Assembly (NCBI RefSeq): GCF_001194135.2
Contig: NC_068990.1
Coordinates: 37,823,725 to 37,887,724 of the forward strand
Length of the DNA stretch: 64,000 nt
Direction of reading: 5' to 3'
Source: Octopus bimaculoides
Taxonomy: Eukaryota
Below the pieces are notes generated by a model. That model saw only the letters and a list, made by a program, of their open reading frames with translations. It was not told the DNA's origin and did not search any database. Both the position numbers and the translations under genes were made by a program. Below are positions 13,543-26,659 of the stretch, piece by piece (positions within the stretch are counted from its first letter, which is position 1; the number at the start of each line of letters is the position of its first letter).

Positions 13543-13997
13543 ATAAGTGAAGAATTAATTATTAAGGCCCCCACCAAGTGTTAACCATGGTTTGATATAG
13601 GCATCAAGATATGCATTTTTGGTGGACAGGGTCAATACACAGAGGTAGAACAGTGCCAGATATATAAATTTAATAATCTGCAATGTGTTCTAAAACTTTA
13701 TGAGAAAAATAGTTTCTAAATAGCAACTAGTTTGTTCTATGTGAATTTTCTGTAAGTCTTAGAATATGCTACAACACAGTACAGTGATATGCAGTAATAA
13801 ATTGAATGACTAGACATGGTATCACTGCAAACTCAGTAGCATTTAATGACCAATTCATGATTCAGTTTGTTTGAAGTCTGAGGGGAAGTTTTTAGAGAGA
13901 AAAAAAATAGATGTAATACAGAACCAATTTAGTTAGTTTAAATCTCCATATTTTACTTACTTTAACACTAACAGGAAGAAGCAATCATGGCTTATTA

Positions 13998-14217
13998 TGA
14001 AGGCAGCAAACTGGCAAAAGTAATTATGGCACTATACAAAATGCTGTTAAGCATTTTTTCTAGCTTTACATTTTGAGTTCAAATTTCACCAAGGACAATG
14101 TTGCTTTTCATCCTTTCAAGGTCCATGAAATAAATGTCAACTTAATGCTGGGATTGATGTAATAGAATTACTCTAGCCCATTAGAATTGCTGGCTTTGTG
14201 CCAAAATTAGAAAGAAT
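13998..14217 (+). mobile_element. SINE family B, old copy
   Basis: ggcagcaaactggcaaaag...gagttcaaatttcacc...gcttttcatcctttcaagg...gaattgctggctttgtgccaaaattagaaag. Confidence 0.7.
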
Positions 14218-14431
14218 CATCACAATAATCATCATCATCATGAACATCGTCGTCGTCGTCGTCATCATCATCACATTATCCCTATTATTGCATTGTCCTA
14301 AGTAATGATAATGCAAGCAACTTTTCCCAGAAGCAACATTTTTCTTTGACATTATTCAAAGCTTTTACAAATTTGCCTGCTTCTGTATACATAGCAACAT
14401 TCCCTTTATATTTCTATGACGGTAATGTTAC

Positions 14432-14477
<46 letters not shown>

Positions 14478-14489
14478 GGGTACTTATTT

Positions 14490-14900
14490 GCTTGGTATTA
14501 AGAAGGCATTATTTAGAAGAAGGTCAATGCATTCTGAAACTACAAAGAACATTTCTAGAGCCTTTCAAGTTTGCAAAAGCCTCTCAGCTATAAAGGGAAT
14601 CCTAAATGGTATTGCAGACACCACTTACAGAAACGCTTGTGGTTTTCTTTCAAGAATAGATGAGTTCAACCCAGGAACAATAATCATAAGTATATAGATA
14701 TTTTTACACAACTTCTAAATATCAATAATCTAACTATAAGGGACCACCATTCCTGATAGCAATTTTGCCATTGTCTTCAAACACTGCTCTTAAGGTAACA
14801 CCGGGCCATGGTAAATTCTCCATTCTTTTACTTGGAATTTGTATCTTCAACTAACTTATAATAACACCCAACTGTGTACTGCATCCTTTTAAAACATTGT
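14490..14900 (-). mobile_element. Possible highly decayed piggyBac-like transposase remnant
   Basis: Minus-strand pieces LKIQIPSKRMENLPWPG..AVFEDNGKIAIR, YS*KKTTSV and FFVVSECIDLLLNNAFLI occur in the order expected for the piggyBac C-terminal half. The catalytic motifs are not intact and the match is by eye only. Confidence 0.35.
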
Positions 14901-15239
14901 TATCACTTAGTCATTGCTAACTGCTGCCCTACTGCCCTCACTTCTGTCTAAGGTTATTATCACACTAATGATGACACCCTCTTATACATTCCAACAGCAA
15001 AAAAACCATTATGTGTCTGACCCAATGAGAAAACTTCTCTGTGGTCTAAATGGTAACCAAATCACTTCACCTCCCTGCAAAGCAAAAAGGATGAAAGGAT
15101 AAATTGGAAAGTGCAGTCCTATATATCTCTAAAATCACCATATGATTGTAAAAATAATCCCTGTAAGGATGAAACAGCTCAATCAGGATTGTTCTTTTTT
15201 CTGATTTTTAACTTCATTTGGGTATTTGGTTTCTCTATG

Positions 15240-16059
15240 TCTTGCTGTGACTCTAGCGGTGAAATGTGCTGTGCGTGAGAAGACCCGGCAAGCCAAGTGA
15301 GACCAAAATCCAAGGCCTCTGCCAGGGGTGTAGCCAGCCCACTCATGCGTACCTTTCCTACATTGGACACTAAACTCCACTTGCGAAGACTTGTTGAGGC
15401 AAGTGAAATCAAACTAAATTCGATGACTGGCACCCGTGCCAACGTCGTCTCCTTCATTGGACACGAAACTCAGCTTGTGAAGACTTATTGGGGCAAGCGA
15501 ATAGCGAAATCGGGATAGCACTTGTGCCCAGCGTCGCCTTTCTGGCACTTGTGCCCGTGAAATGTGTNNNNNNNNNNNNNNNNNNNNNNNNNNNNNNNNN
15601 NNNNNNNNNNNNNNNNNNNNNNNNNNNNNNNNNNNNNNNNNNNNNNNNNNNNNNNNNNNNNNNNNNNNNNNNNNNNNNNNNNNNNNNNNNNNNNNNNNNN
15701 NNNNNNNNNNNNNNNNNNNNNNNNNNNNNNNNNNNNNNNNNNNNNNNNNNNNNNNNNNNNNNNNNNNNNNNNNNNNNNNNNNNNNNNNNNNNNNNNNNNN
15801 NNNNNGTGGGTGGCACATAAAATACACCATTTTGAGCGTGGCCGTTGCCAGTACTGCTTGACTGGCCTTCGTGCGGGTGACACGTAAAATCACCCACTAC
15901 ACTCTCTGAGTGGTTGGTGTTAGGAAGGGCATCCAGCCGTAGAAACTCTGCCAAATCAGATTGGAGGCTGGTGTTGCCATCCGGTTTCACCAGTCCTCAG
16001 TCAAATCGTCCAACCCATGCTAGCATGGAAAGCGGACGTTAAACGATGATGATGATGAT
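15240..16059 (+). mobile_element. 5'-truncated RTE-type LINE 3' end (contains an N-gap)
   Basis: The ORF ends ...AVREKTRQAK* with the stop at 15298-15300. The 3' UTR has internal repeats, the conserved tail ggtgttaggaagggcatccagccgtagaaac...ggaaagcggacgttaaac, and a (GAT)n tail. Confidence 0.85.
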
Positions 16060-16539
16060 ATATATATATATATTGAGATAACTGCGTGGTGTGTGTGTTG
16101 GGCATTCGTGCATGTATATGAATATTTGTAATTCTTAATTTGTCCTTCCATGTATCGTCAAATGCTTCTAAAGTTTCTCTTTGTAAACTGTAAACACTTT
16201 TTTTTTCATATTCCACAGTTTCTTCCCTTCCTTCAAAATACAGAATGAAATTTTCGCAATTTTTTTTTTTTTTTTGCATCTGTTTTCGTCCTCGTGGCTA
16301 ATACAGAAAGAAGATTAATATTTAATATAAGCCGACACTCAGTGAATAATAACTCTGAGTTTCATATTTTTATAAGTTTCAATGATATATATAATTCACA
16401 TTATGTATTGAATTAGAACATTTCTTTGTTTTTCCAGCATAATGACCATCTATCTATCTATCTATACATATATATATGTATACATATAAATGCATATATT
16501 TATTTACCTATCTCTTTCTCTCTCTCTCTCTCTCTCTAT

Positions 16540-16591
<52 letters not shown>

Positions 16592-16868
16592 TGCACACGC
16601 ACAGAGACATGCATGAGTGTGTGTGCATGTGTATATAAGTACTTATTGTTGTAGTATGTAGGTAGCTGAGTATTTCACGGACACATGTTGCTTAAGATAA
16701 TCCTGAGGAAGTGTGTAACAACAGTGGACCTTTGAACTACAAGGCACAATCTATCAGACAGGTTTGAACACATACACTCACATATGTACATACACACACA
16801 ATTAAAATTATTTCAGCTTACTCCTTATTTTTTCTTTTACATTTCAAATACTCAAATATAATAAAACT

Positions 16869-16911
<43 letters not shown>

Positions 16912-17333
16912 NNNNNNNNNNNNNNNNNNNNNNNNNNNNNNNNNNNNNNNNNNNNNNNNNNNNNNNNNNNNNNNNNNNNNNNNNNNNNNNNNNNNNNNNN
17001 NNNNNNNNNNNNNNNNNNNNNNNNNNNNNNNNNNNNNNNNNNNNNNNNNNNNNNNNNNNNNNNNNNNNNNNNNNNNNNNNNNNNNNNNNNNNNNNNNNNN
17101 NNNNNNNNNNNNNNNNNNNNNNNNNNNNNNNNNNNNNNNNNNNNNNNNNNNNNNNNNNNNNNNTTTGTGTGTGCAAGTGTGTGTTTGTGGTGTGTATGTG
17201 TGTGTGTATGCCTAAAGTGCAGGCATAAACCTGTTTTGAAAGTCCCATACTGTGGCTAAATATTAAAAATAAACAATAATATATAAGATTTAGATATATA
17301 CACATGTATACATTTTATATACACACAAAACAC

Positions 17334-17406
<73 letters not shown>

Positions 17407-18244
17407 TACACATACACACCAATATATATGTATTTATAGAGATGATGATCTATGCATATATTACTATTTGCATATATAGATGTATATAAATGTGCATGTG
17501 TATATATGTGTGAGCATATAAACATATCTCTATTGCTATATTTATATCCATATGCACGCAGACATAGCTATACACTCGTACACTTAGTCACACAATTGTA
17601 CATCCATACATATAAATATAGAACATGAATATACAAAAATTTAGTTATAAAGTATAAATATAAATGTAGATAAAATATATAGATAATATAAAATAAAATA
17701 AACACATAAAACACTGAAATAAAAATGTTTAACAATGAGACATAAAATTGTCCCTCAGTGAATGATGGGAGGTAGATAGGTGAAGGTCAGCTTGAGATTT
17801 GATCCAACTGCAATGAATAATCCATGCATAGAATATTATCTGTAGATTGGTCATATTCATATCTTTGGAGAGAATACTTTTCTTTTGAGTAGGATTTTTT
17901 TTGGTTGTTTTGTTCTGTATACTTTGAGGTGATATATGTGTATGTATGTGTTTCCTTTCCTACACTCTAGTGTGCATGTGTTTGTGTGAATGAGTGCGTG
18001 TGTGTGTGTGTTTGTGTAATGATGAAATGATGAAGAGATAGGGAAACTGAAAGAGAGAAAAGCATAAAAGGAAGAAATAGATTGATTAGTTTGGTATATA
18101 TGTGTGCGTGTGTATGCATATACACGTGTGCATGTATATACATATATATATATATCAAAATATATACATACATATAATATGTATATATATATATATATAT
18201 ATATTCATATATATGTACGTATGCGTATATTTATATATATGTCA

Positions 18245-18245
<1 letters not shown>

Positions 18246-18328
<83 letters not shown>
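18246..18328. repeat. (TA)n microsatellite
   Basis: Directly visible; one of many in the window. Confidence 0.95.
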
Positions 18329-18332
<4 letters not shown>

Positions 18333-18879
18333 CTACTTATATGTGTGTGTATACATACATGTATGCATGTATGTATGTATGTATGTATGCAGCTTTTGGA
18401 ATTGTGATGTTTTGAATTTTCATGTTTACATTGAAAGTTATATATTATACACATTTTCAGAAATTCATTTTCTAGTTTACAAGTTTGTGGTTTTCACGTT
18501 GTAAGGAGGTTTTCATTCAATACACCAGAGACCCAAGTATGACAAATTTTGACACTGTCTCACATTTACAATAAGGAAGCATCATTGCTAATTAAAATAA
18601 AGCACATAAAATAATATTAGACAAATCTTAGCTGACAGCTCTGTAATTTTCTGTATAATTACACCAAAAATGAGAAAAGTAACCATAGAAACAGAAAACA
18701 AACAGAAATATAAGTAGGCAACACATGTTCGTCATATATATCATGAAATCTACCAAGACTTGATTGCGTACAATTTTGAAATATGGCGATGATGATTTTA
18801 TCACCTATAATATTATTTCCATGTTTTGTAATTTACTGCAAAACATGAAAGCAAGATGCCATTATTCTTTTCTGCTTTT

Positions 18880-19087
18880 CTATTCTAGATACAAGGCCCG
18901 AAATTTTGGGGAGGGGGTCAAGTTGATTAGATCAACCCCAGTACACAACTGGTACTTAATTTATTGACCCGAAAGGATGAAAGGCAAAGTCGACCTCGGC
19001 GGAATTTGAATTCAGAACATAAAGAGAGAGAAAAGACCACTAAGCATTTCACCTGGCATGCTAACGTTTCTGCCAACTCACTGCCTT
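18880..19087 (-). mobile_element. SINE family B
   Basis: ctggtacttaatttattgacccgaaaggatgaaaggcaaagtcgacctcggcggaatttgaa...gctaacgtttctgccaactcactgcc. Confidence 0.88.
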
Positions 19088-19258
19088 AGCAGGATACCAT
19101 TATTACCAATCTTTCATTCTGATAGGATAGAGAGAAAAACATCTTGAACCTTAAAGGACTATTTCATTTAAAAACACTATCGTTCCAAAATAAACATGAA
19201 AGAGCAATAAGGTTATGTGTAGAATCTTTCATAAAAAATATTAAAGGCGTAAATATTA

Positions 19259-19419
19259 AGGTGTAGGAGTGGCTGTGTGGTAAGTAGCTTGCTTATGAAC
19301 CACATGGTTCCGGGTTCAGTCCCACTGCGTGGCACCTTGTGCAAGTGTCTTCTACTATAGTCACGGGCCGACCAAAGCTTTGTGAGTGGATTTGGTAGAC
19401 GGAAACTGAAAGAAGCCTG

Positions 19420-19467
<48 letters not shown>

Positions 19468-19720
19468 GTATGTATGTATGTATGTATGTGTGTGTATATG
19501 TTTGTGTGTCTGTGTTTGTCCCCCCCCACACCAACATCGCTTGACAACCAATGCTGGTGTGTTTACGCCCCCGTAACTTAGCAGTTCAGCGAAAGACACT
19601 GATAGAATAAGTACTAGGCTTACAGAGAATAAGTCCTGGGGTCGATTTGCTTGACTAAAGGCAGTGCTCCAGCATGGCCACAGTCAAATGACTGAAACAA
19701 GTAAAAGAGAGTAAAAAGAG
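19259..19720 (+). mobile_element. tRNA-derived SINE family A, full length, with internal (TA)/(TATG)/(TG) microsatellite
   Basis: Box A tggctgtgtgg, Box B ggttcagtccc, CORE-like ccttgtgcaagtgtctt, and a 3' end gactgaaacaagtaaaagag. Confidence 0.92.
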
Positions 19721-20395
19721 TGTGCACCCAGTCATGTCTTGAATGAGCATATTATTGTCATCATTATCATCATCATCATCACTGTTTTAATGTCCAGTTT
19801 TTCATGCTTGTATGGGTTGGACAGAGTATATTGAGGTAGATTTTCTAGGGGTTGGTACCGTTTCTGCTGTCAAAACATTATGTATTTCAAAGCAGGGTAA
19901 TATTTTCCTAAGGCCTAACGTTAATCATGGAAAGTGTTAGAATAAATGCATTTTTACAAGTTATTTATACATTTAATGAAACAAATGAGAACAATATCTT
20001 ATCTCATAGAGTATCCATATTCATCTTCAAACTATTCGTTTTAAATTTAAAAAAAATATTTTTCCAATTTTCAAAACCAAAATTAGTATATTATAGATGT
20101 AATAGACAGGATAAAAAGGAGTCTGTGAAGAATGACTAGTGAATGCAAAAACAGTTCAGGCAAAGGTCTGTGGTACATTGAATACATTTGGTGAGTATGG
20201 GTGTGTTTAATACTAGTGTGTTGTGCAGTGAAAAGGATCAGTCTTAATAGAAGTAAACTAGGTAGAAGAGTCCATTTGAATTGTTGAAGTAGAAGTAAGT
20301 ATGAAGTTTTGTAACTTACTCCAAGGATTATATATGTAGGTGAAACAGAATATATATTTTGTCCAACTAATGATTATGGATTACATACATACATC

Positions 20396-20472
<77 letters not shown>

Positions 20473-21951
20473 CGAATGATTTTGGATTACATACATACAT
20501 ATATATACATATAGAACTGAAGTTGTAGTATAAAATAGTTGCTTAAAGTGCTACTATAGTGACAAAACAAAGTTCAAGCCTCATAGCTATGCCTATTTAA
20601 TTTGATATATTGGTTGAACAATGCCATAGATGCAAGAATTTTGGGGTAGTATCATAGTGACCATTAGCTTTTAAGGAACAGACTAAACTTTTTATCTCAT
20701 TCATATGCTCAAACACATACAAATGCATTCATATAGTATGGTAAACTGGTTCTGATTTACACCAGTTTATGGGAACTTGCTAACTACTTTTGCTAGACGC
20801 AGAAGAGAGTACTACTTGAGAACTACTTATGATGTTACTAACTTTCAATATCAAATGACTCAGTCCACCCCTGCTAGTAACTCATATGAATGGCTCTGTG
20901 ATGGAACAACCTTCCTTAACTTCAATGCAATGCTGTGTTATCCAAATTCTAAACATATTCGTTGATATATTGGACTGTAGATGTCAATAAAAGATGGATA
21001 AAAATCAAAACAGACAGCATCCAATAAGATTTGAACTCAGGAGTGGTGATATCAAAACTAAATACTTAAATGTATCCAGTTCCATTCATTTTTTGTCCCT
21101 GCAATTTATGTCACCTTTGATTAGGTGAGAATTAAAAATCATTTTACATAAAATACCACCATGCTATCTTTTTATCTTTTTATCAATCACTTTATGAATA
21201 AGCTGTTCATCTTTATTTTAATTATTCAATCTTTATTTGCTTTACATTTTCAGTGAAATAGCTTTGGAGAAATATTCCTTTAAAAGTGCTAAACCATCCA
21301 AAATATCTCACCATTTCTCTTGTGCTTATCATTTGTTTAATTTCATACCCTGGAATCAACTGAAGAAAAAATATCTTTTTTCTTTTTTTCTTTTTGCAGA
21401 CAATAATACTAATACTAATAATTATAATAATAATATTAATAATAATAATGAGAGTGTTAGTGAGATAACGATAAGAGAAGAACAACCTGACAAGAAAGTT
21501 TATTGACTAAAGAACAGCGCCATTAAAATCACACGTTAAAGTCATACCTTTTTTAATTAATATAAACTTATCTTATGCAAATATCTCAAATGACCTGTTG
21601 GGATTCTAATGAAGAACAAATAAATGAGTAAATAGATAGTGTAAAGAAATAAATCAAAAGACAACGAAAGAATGTAGAAACACTTAGATAAAAAGCAGAA
21701 AGCAAAGAAATTTGTGATTGAGAAAAAATGAAAGTTTGAAGTTTACTTTGAGAGAAAGGTTAGTTTTAGAAAGATAATTTTTAACTTTATATCAATATTC
21801 CATGTTGTAATAAAGGTCTTTATAACACTTATGAATATCACACATACACTTAGAAAAATGCATACACACATATGAACATATATATAAACNNNNNNNNNNN
21901 NNNNNNNNNNNNNNNNNNNNNNNNNNNNNNNNNNNNNNATATATAGGGAAT

Positions 21952-22270
21952 GAAGGTATGTGGCTTTGCAGTTAGGGTATTTGTCTCATGATCGTAAAGT
22001 CATGAGTTCAATTACTGGTGGCTCGTTGTATTCTTGAGCAAGACATTTTATTTCACATTGCTCCAATCCACTCAACTGGTAAAAATGAGTAGTACCTGTA
22101 TTTCAAAGGGCCAGCCTTATCACATTCTGTGTCACACAGAATCTCCCTGAGAACTACATTAAGTATACATGTGTCTGTGGAGTGATCAGCCCCTTATACA
22201 TTAATTTCATGAGCAAGCAGTTCACTTGATCGAATCAACTGGAACTCTTGTTGTTGTAACTAACAGAGTG
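21952..22270 (+). mobile_element. tRNA-derived SINE family E (D-type centre, C-type 3' tail)
   Basis: Box B gagttcaattac. Centre ttcttgagcaagacattttatttcac...ctcaactggtaaaaatgag. Tail gtacctgtatttcaaagggccagcctt...ttaatttcatgagc...aactggaac. Confidence 0.82.
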
Positions 22271-22312
<42 letters not shown>

Positions 22313-22482
22313 CAAAATTATGATGCTATGATGCTAGGTGCTTCCATTATTTTCTCCAACCTCTGTATATGTATGTATATATACTTACATAACAACAAAT
22401 TAATAGTCAATTACACACAAAGATTATACATACCAAACATACGTTCATTTACACCTTCTACACACATATTTAAAGAGTTTCA

Positions 22483-22811
22483 TGTAGGTGCAAGCATGGT
22501 TTCAGGTTCAGTCTCTCTGCATGGCAAGTGTCTTCTACTATTGTCCCAGGTGGACCAAAGTCTTATGAGTGAATTTGTCAAATGGAAACTAAAAGGAGCC
22601 TGTCATATATGTGTGTATGTCTTTGTGTCCATGTTTGACCCCCACCACTGCCTACCTACCACTGTATGACAACCAGGGTTAGTGTAATTACATCCTTGTT
22701 CAACAAAAGAAACCAATAGAATAATGACCAGGTTTGAAGCATATAATTTGCAGGGTCAATTTGTTTGACTAAACCTCTTCAAGATGAACCCCAGCATGGC
22801 CAAATTCAAAT
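22483..22811 (+). mobile_element. SINE family A, old diverged copy
   Basis: caggttcagtctc...gcaagtgtcttctacta...ccaaagtcttatgagtgaatttg...ccccagcatggcc. Confidence 0.75.
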
Positions 22812-23034
22812 AACACAGCGGTGAAGCGTTGGTGCCATCGAAAGGCCGTCGTCTCGGCATGGATACTGCCTGCGAGTGTGTGTGTGTCCGTGTGTTATGC
22901 ATGCTAACACACACGGCTGAGGCGGTCGACGGATAATAAGTTGGTCGCGTGAGATGTAGCAGTGAGAAGGAAGCGAGTGAGCGATTAATAGCGTTGCTAG
23001 AAGCGAGCAAAGAGCCTGCCGACTACATGCAACA
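22812..23034. other. CpG-rich ~220-bp insert of unknown class (possible LTR fragment)
   Basis: About 19 CpGs in ~220 bp against a CpG-poor background. It ends in tgcaaca and has no second copy in the window. Confidence 0.45.
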
Positions 23035-23064
23035 AACACACACATGTACATATTTGTATGAAAT

Positions 23065-23222
23065 ATGAGTGGCTGTTTAGTAAGTAGCTTGCTTACCAAC
23101 CACATGGTTCCAGGTTCAGTCCCGCTGCATGGGACCTTGGGCAAGTGTCATCTGCTATAGCCTCGGGCTGACCAAAGCCTTGTGAGTGGATTTGGTAGAT
23201 GCAAACTGAAAGAATCCTATTG

Positions 23223-23275
<53 letters not shown>

Positions 23276-23349
23276 ATATAACTGTATATATAAATTTATA
23301 TATAGGTATGTATGTGTATGTTTGTGTGGTTGTGTTTGTCCCCACCCAC
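23065..23349 (+). mobile_element. SINE family A, cut by an N-gap
   Basis: Same head and centre as 19259, with the internal TA microsatellite. Confidence 0.88.
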
Positions 23350-23542
23350 NNNNNNNNNNNNNNNNNNNNNNNNNNNNNNNNNNNNNNNNNNNNNNNNNNN
23401 NNNNNNNNNNNNNNNNNNNNNNNNNNNNNNNNNNNNNNNNNNNNNNNNNNNNNNNNNNNNNNNNNNNNNNNNNNNNNNNNNNNNNNNNNNNNNNNNNNNN
23501 NNNNNNNNNNNNNNNNNNNNNNNNNNNNNNNNNNNNNNNNNN

Positions 23543-23587
<45 letters not shown>

Positions 23588-24487
23588 CATGTAAGGAGTA
23601 GACAACTGCCATATATATATGTGTATGTATGTATGTACGTATGTATGTATGTGTGTTTGTATGTTATTATATACTTAGAGATGTACTATATAGTATGTAC
23701 ATAGAAGAGGCATGTAGCTGTATTTAAGAATAGAAGATGTTATCAAAGAGATAACTTTTCTGACATTCTCACATCAACACAATGTTATCAACAAATATTA
23801 GAGTATTTTACTTCATATTTTTGCAGTTTTGTTTTTACCTCATGTTGTTTTTTTTGCTATGGCCTTTTTATTTTCTCTATATCTATTTTTTTCTTAATTA
23901 TTTGTTTTGATGTTTTCATTTTATTTATTTATCTAGTATGCTACATATATTTTCTCTTTTTCATATTTTCATATCATCTCTCTCTCCTCCTCCCTGCCCA
24001 CTCTTCCGCATCATCATCATCATCATCATCATCATCGTTGTAGTCATCGTCATTGTCTTCTTCTTCTTCTTCTTCTTCTTCTTCTCCTCCTCTGCCACCT
24101 CCCCTCCGCCCCTCATCCTCTTCGTCTTCTTCTTCATCATCTTCATCTTCTTATTCTACTTCTGCTATCTTCATATCTTTATAGTCCAACTCAGATTTTT
24201 TCTAATTATCTGCCAAAGACCTTAGTGGCAAATTAAAAACAGACACAATGAAATTGGGGAATAAAAATAAATGAGAAATAAAAGGAAACACATACAATAA
24301 CAACAAAAAGGAAAATAATAAAAACATTAACAACAAATATATAATAATAATAATAATAATAATAAATCATGTTTAAAGAAAAATTATATATACGAATTAC
24401 ATGAAGATAGATAAAATAGAATTGGATGGAAAGATATAACAGCAGTGAGGGAGAAGCATATAGATAGATAGAAATATATATATATAA

Positions 24488-24518
<31 letters not shown>

Positions 24519-26659
24519 AATATATNNNNNNNNNNNNNNNNNNNNNNNNNNNNNNNNNNNNNNNNNNNNNNNNNNNNNNNNNNNNNNNNNNNNNNNNNNN
24601 NNNNNNNNNNNNNNNNNNNNNNNNNNNNNNNNNNNNNNNNNNNNNNNNNNNNNNNNNNNNNNNNNNNNNNNNNNNNNNNNNNNNNNNNNNNNNNNNNNNN
24701 NNNNNNNNNNNNNNNNNNNNNNNNNNNNNNNNNNNNNNNNNNNNNNNNNNNNNNNNNNNNNNNNNNNNNNNNNNNNNNNNNNNNNNNNNNNNNNNNNNNN
24801 NNNNNNNNNNNNNNNNNNNNNNNNNNNNNNNNNNNNNNNNNNNNNNNNNNNNNNNNNNNNNNNNNNNNNNNNNNNNNNNNNNNNNNNNNNNNNNNNNNNN
24901 NNNNNNNNNNNNNNNNNNNNNNNNNNNNNNNNNNNNNNNNNNNNNNNNNNNNNNNNNNNNNNNNNNNNNNNNNNNNNNNNNNNNNNNNNNNNNNNNNNNN
25001 NNNNNNNNNNNNNNNNNNNNNNNNNNNNNNNNNNNNNNNNNNNNNNNNNNNNNNNNNNNNNNNNNNNNNNNNNNNNNNNNNNNNNNNNNNNNNNNNNNNN
25101 NNNNNNNNNNNNNNNNNATTGATTATTGAAATTTTTCACTTCATGAATAAATATAAAAATCAAGTGATTAAATCGTTACAACAAAAGAAGAGAGAAAAAT
25201 AAATAAAACTAAATATAAAAGAGAAGAAAGTAAAAAATATTTTTATTGTAACCCATTTTAACTGTATTCTCCAGAAAATAGAAGCAAGGAGGTGAGGCAT
25301 TGAAGATATGTTTAAACTTTTGCCTTTTTATTTAATTTATTTTTCCAGTTTTGTTTTATTTTTTTTCTTCCGATGGGAGGAGGGGAGATTTTTCAGGGTG
25401 GTAGTGTGGGCTGGCTCTCTGTTTTTCTTTATCTTTTTTTATTATTTTACTTTGTTTTACATATATTTTTTTTGCCTCTGCTAGCCCATACTCGTTCCCA
25501 CCCCTCACCCCCCATATTGTGCCACACTGCACTTGCCACCATCCGCCCCACAAGATAATGGTGAAGAAGTCTGGATGTGTATGTTGTCAAATCGATGAAG
25601 AAAAACCATGAAATTATTTATTGATCATCATTTATGTATGTATGTTTGTGCATGTGTAGCTATGTATATTTCTGTTTGTATCTACATGTATGTGTCTGTG
25701 TGTGTGTTTATATATATAGTATATATACACATACATATATATGCAGATATATATCCACACACATATGTATGTGTGTGTGTGTATATACATATATATATAT
25801 ATGCATATATATGTATATATGTAACCAGTGGGAATGTTTTTTTTCTGACATTATATTCTTAGNNNNNNNNNNNNNNNNNNNNNNNNNNNNNNNNNNNNNN
25901 NNNNNNNNNNNNNNNNNNNNNNNNNNNNNNNNNNNNNNNNNNNNNNNNNNNNNNNNNNNNNNNNNNNNNNNNNNNNNNNNNNNNNNNNNNNNNNNNNNNN
26001 NNNNNNNNNNNNNNNNNNNNNNNNNNNNNNNNNNNATATATATGCATATATATATATATGCATATATATGTATATATGTAACCAGTGGGAATGTTTTTTT
26101 TCTGACATTATATTCTTAGTATTTATATTTTGATATCTTTTACTTTGTTGCTGTAGTTGTTGTTGTTATTCTTTTTGTTGTTGTTGTTATTAACTCTATT
26201 TCTTATTTATTCACTTATTATTTTATGTGGTGAGTATTATTGACCGAAAAGAAGTTTAAACTTTGTTCATTTCCTTTTTTTTCTTCTTTTTTCTTTATTT
26301 TTTTTTGTGTTCTAGCAAAAGTATTAAGTGTAAAGTATGTATCGAGCTTTTGCTTCAATAAAATAAAAAAACAATAATCTTTTTGATCATTGCCTTGTTT
26401 CCAAAATCACGAGTCTGAAACTGCTTATAAGTAATAGCCTGCTGAAGCAAAACTGTGCTAGAACATTGGGGAAATGAATGTTTATGTGGTCAATCTTGTC
26501 TTAGGTATTTGATCAGTTATGCTCATTTAATTAATTAATAAATTTGTCAGTCGATAAATATCTTTAAAAAATTTTTTATTCACAAGCAAAAATGTGATTT
26601 GCAAAAATTACTGTAAGGGTGTGGAATAGATTATTTTTGCTTCTTTCTTTTACCTCTAA

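Noticed and set aside
25791-26119. Exact ~70-bp direct repeat (25791-25862 and ~26046-26119)
   Set aside because: It flanks an N-gap on both sides, which is typical of an unmerged contig overlap (assembly artefact).
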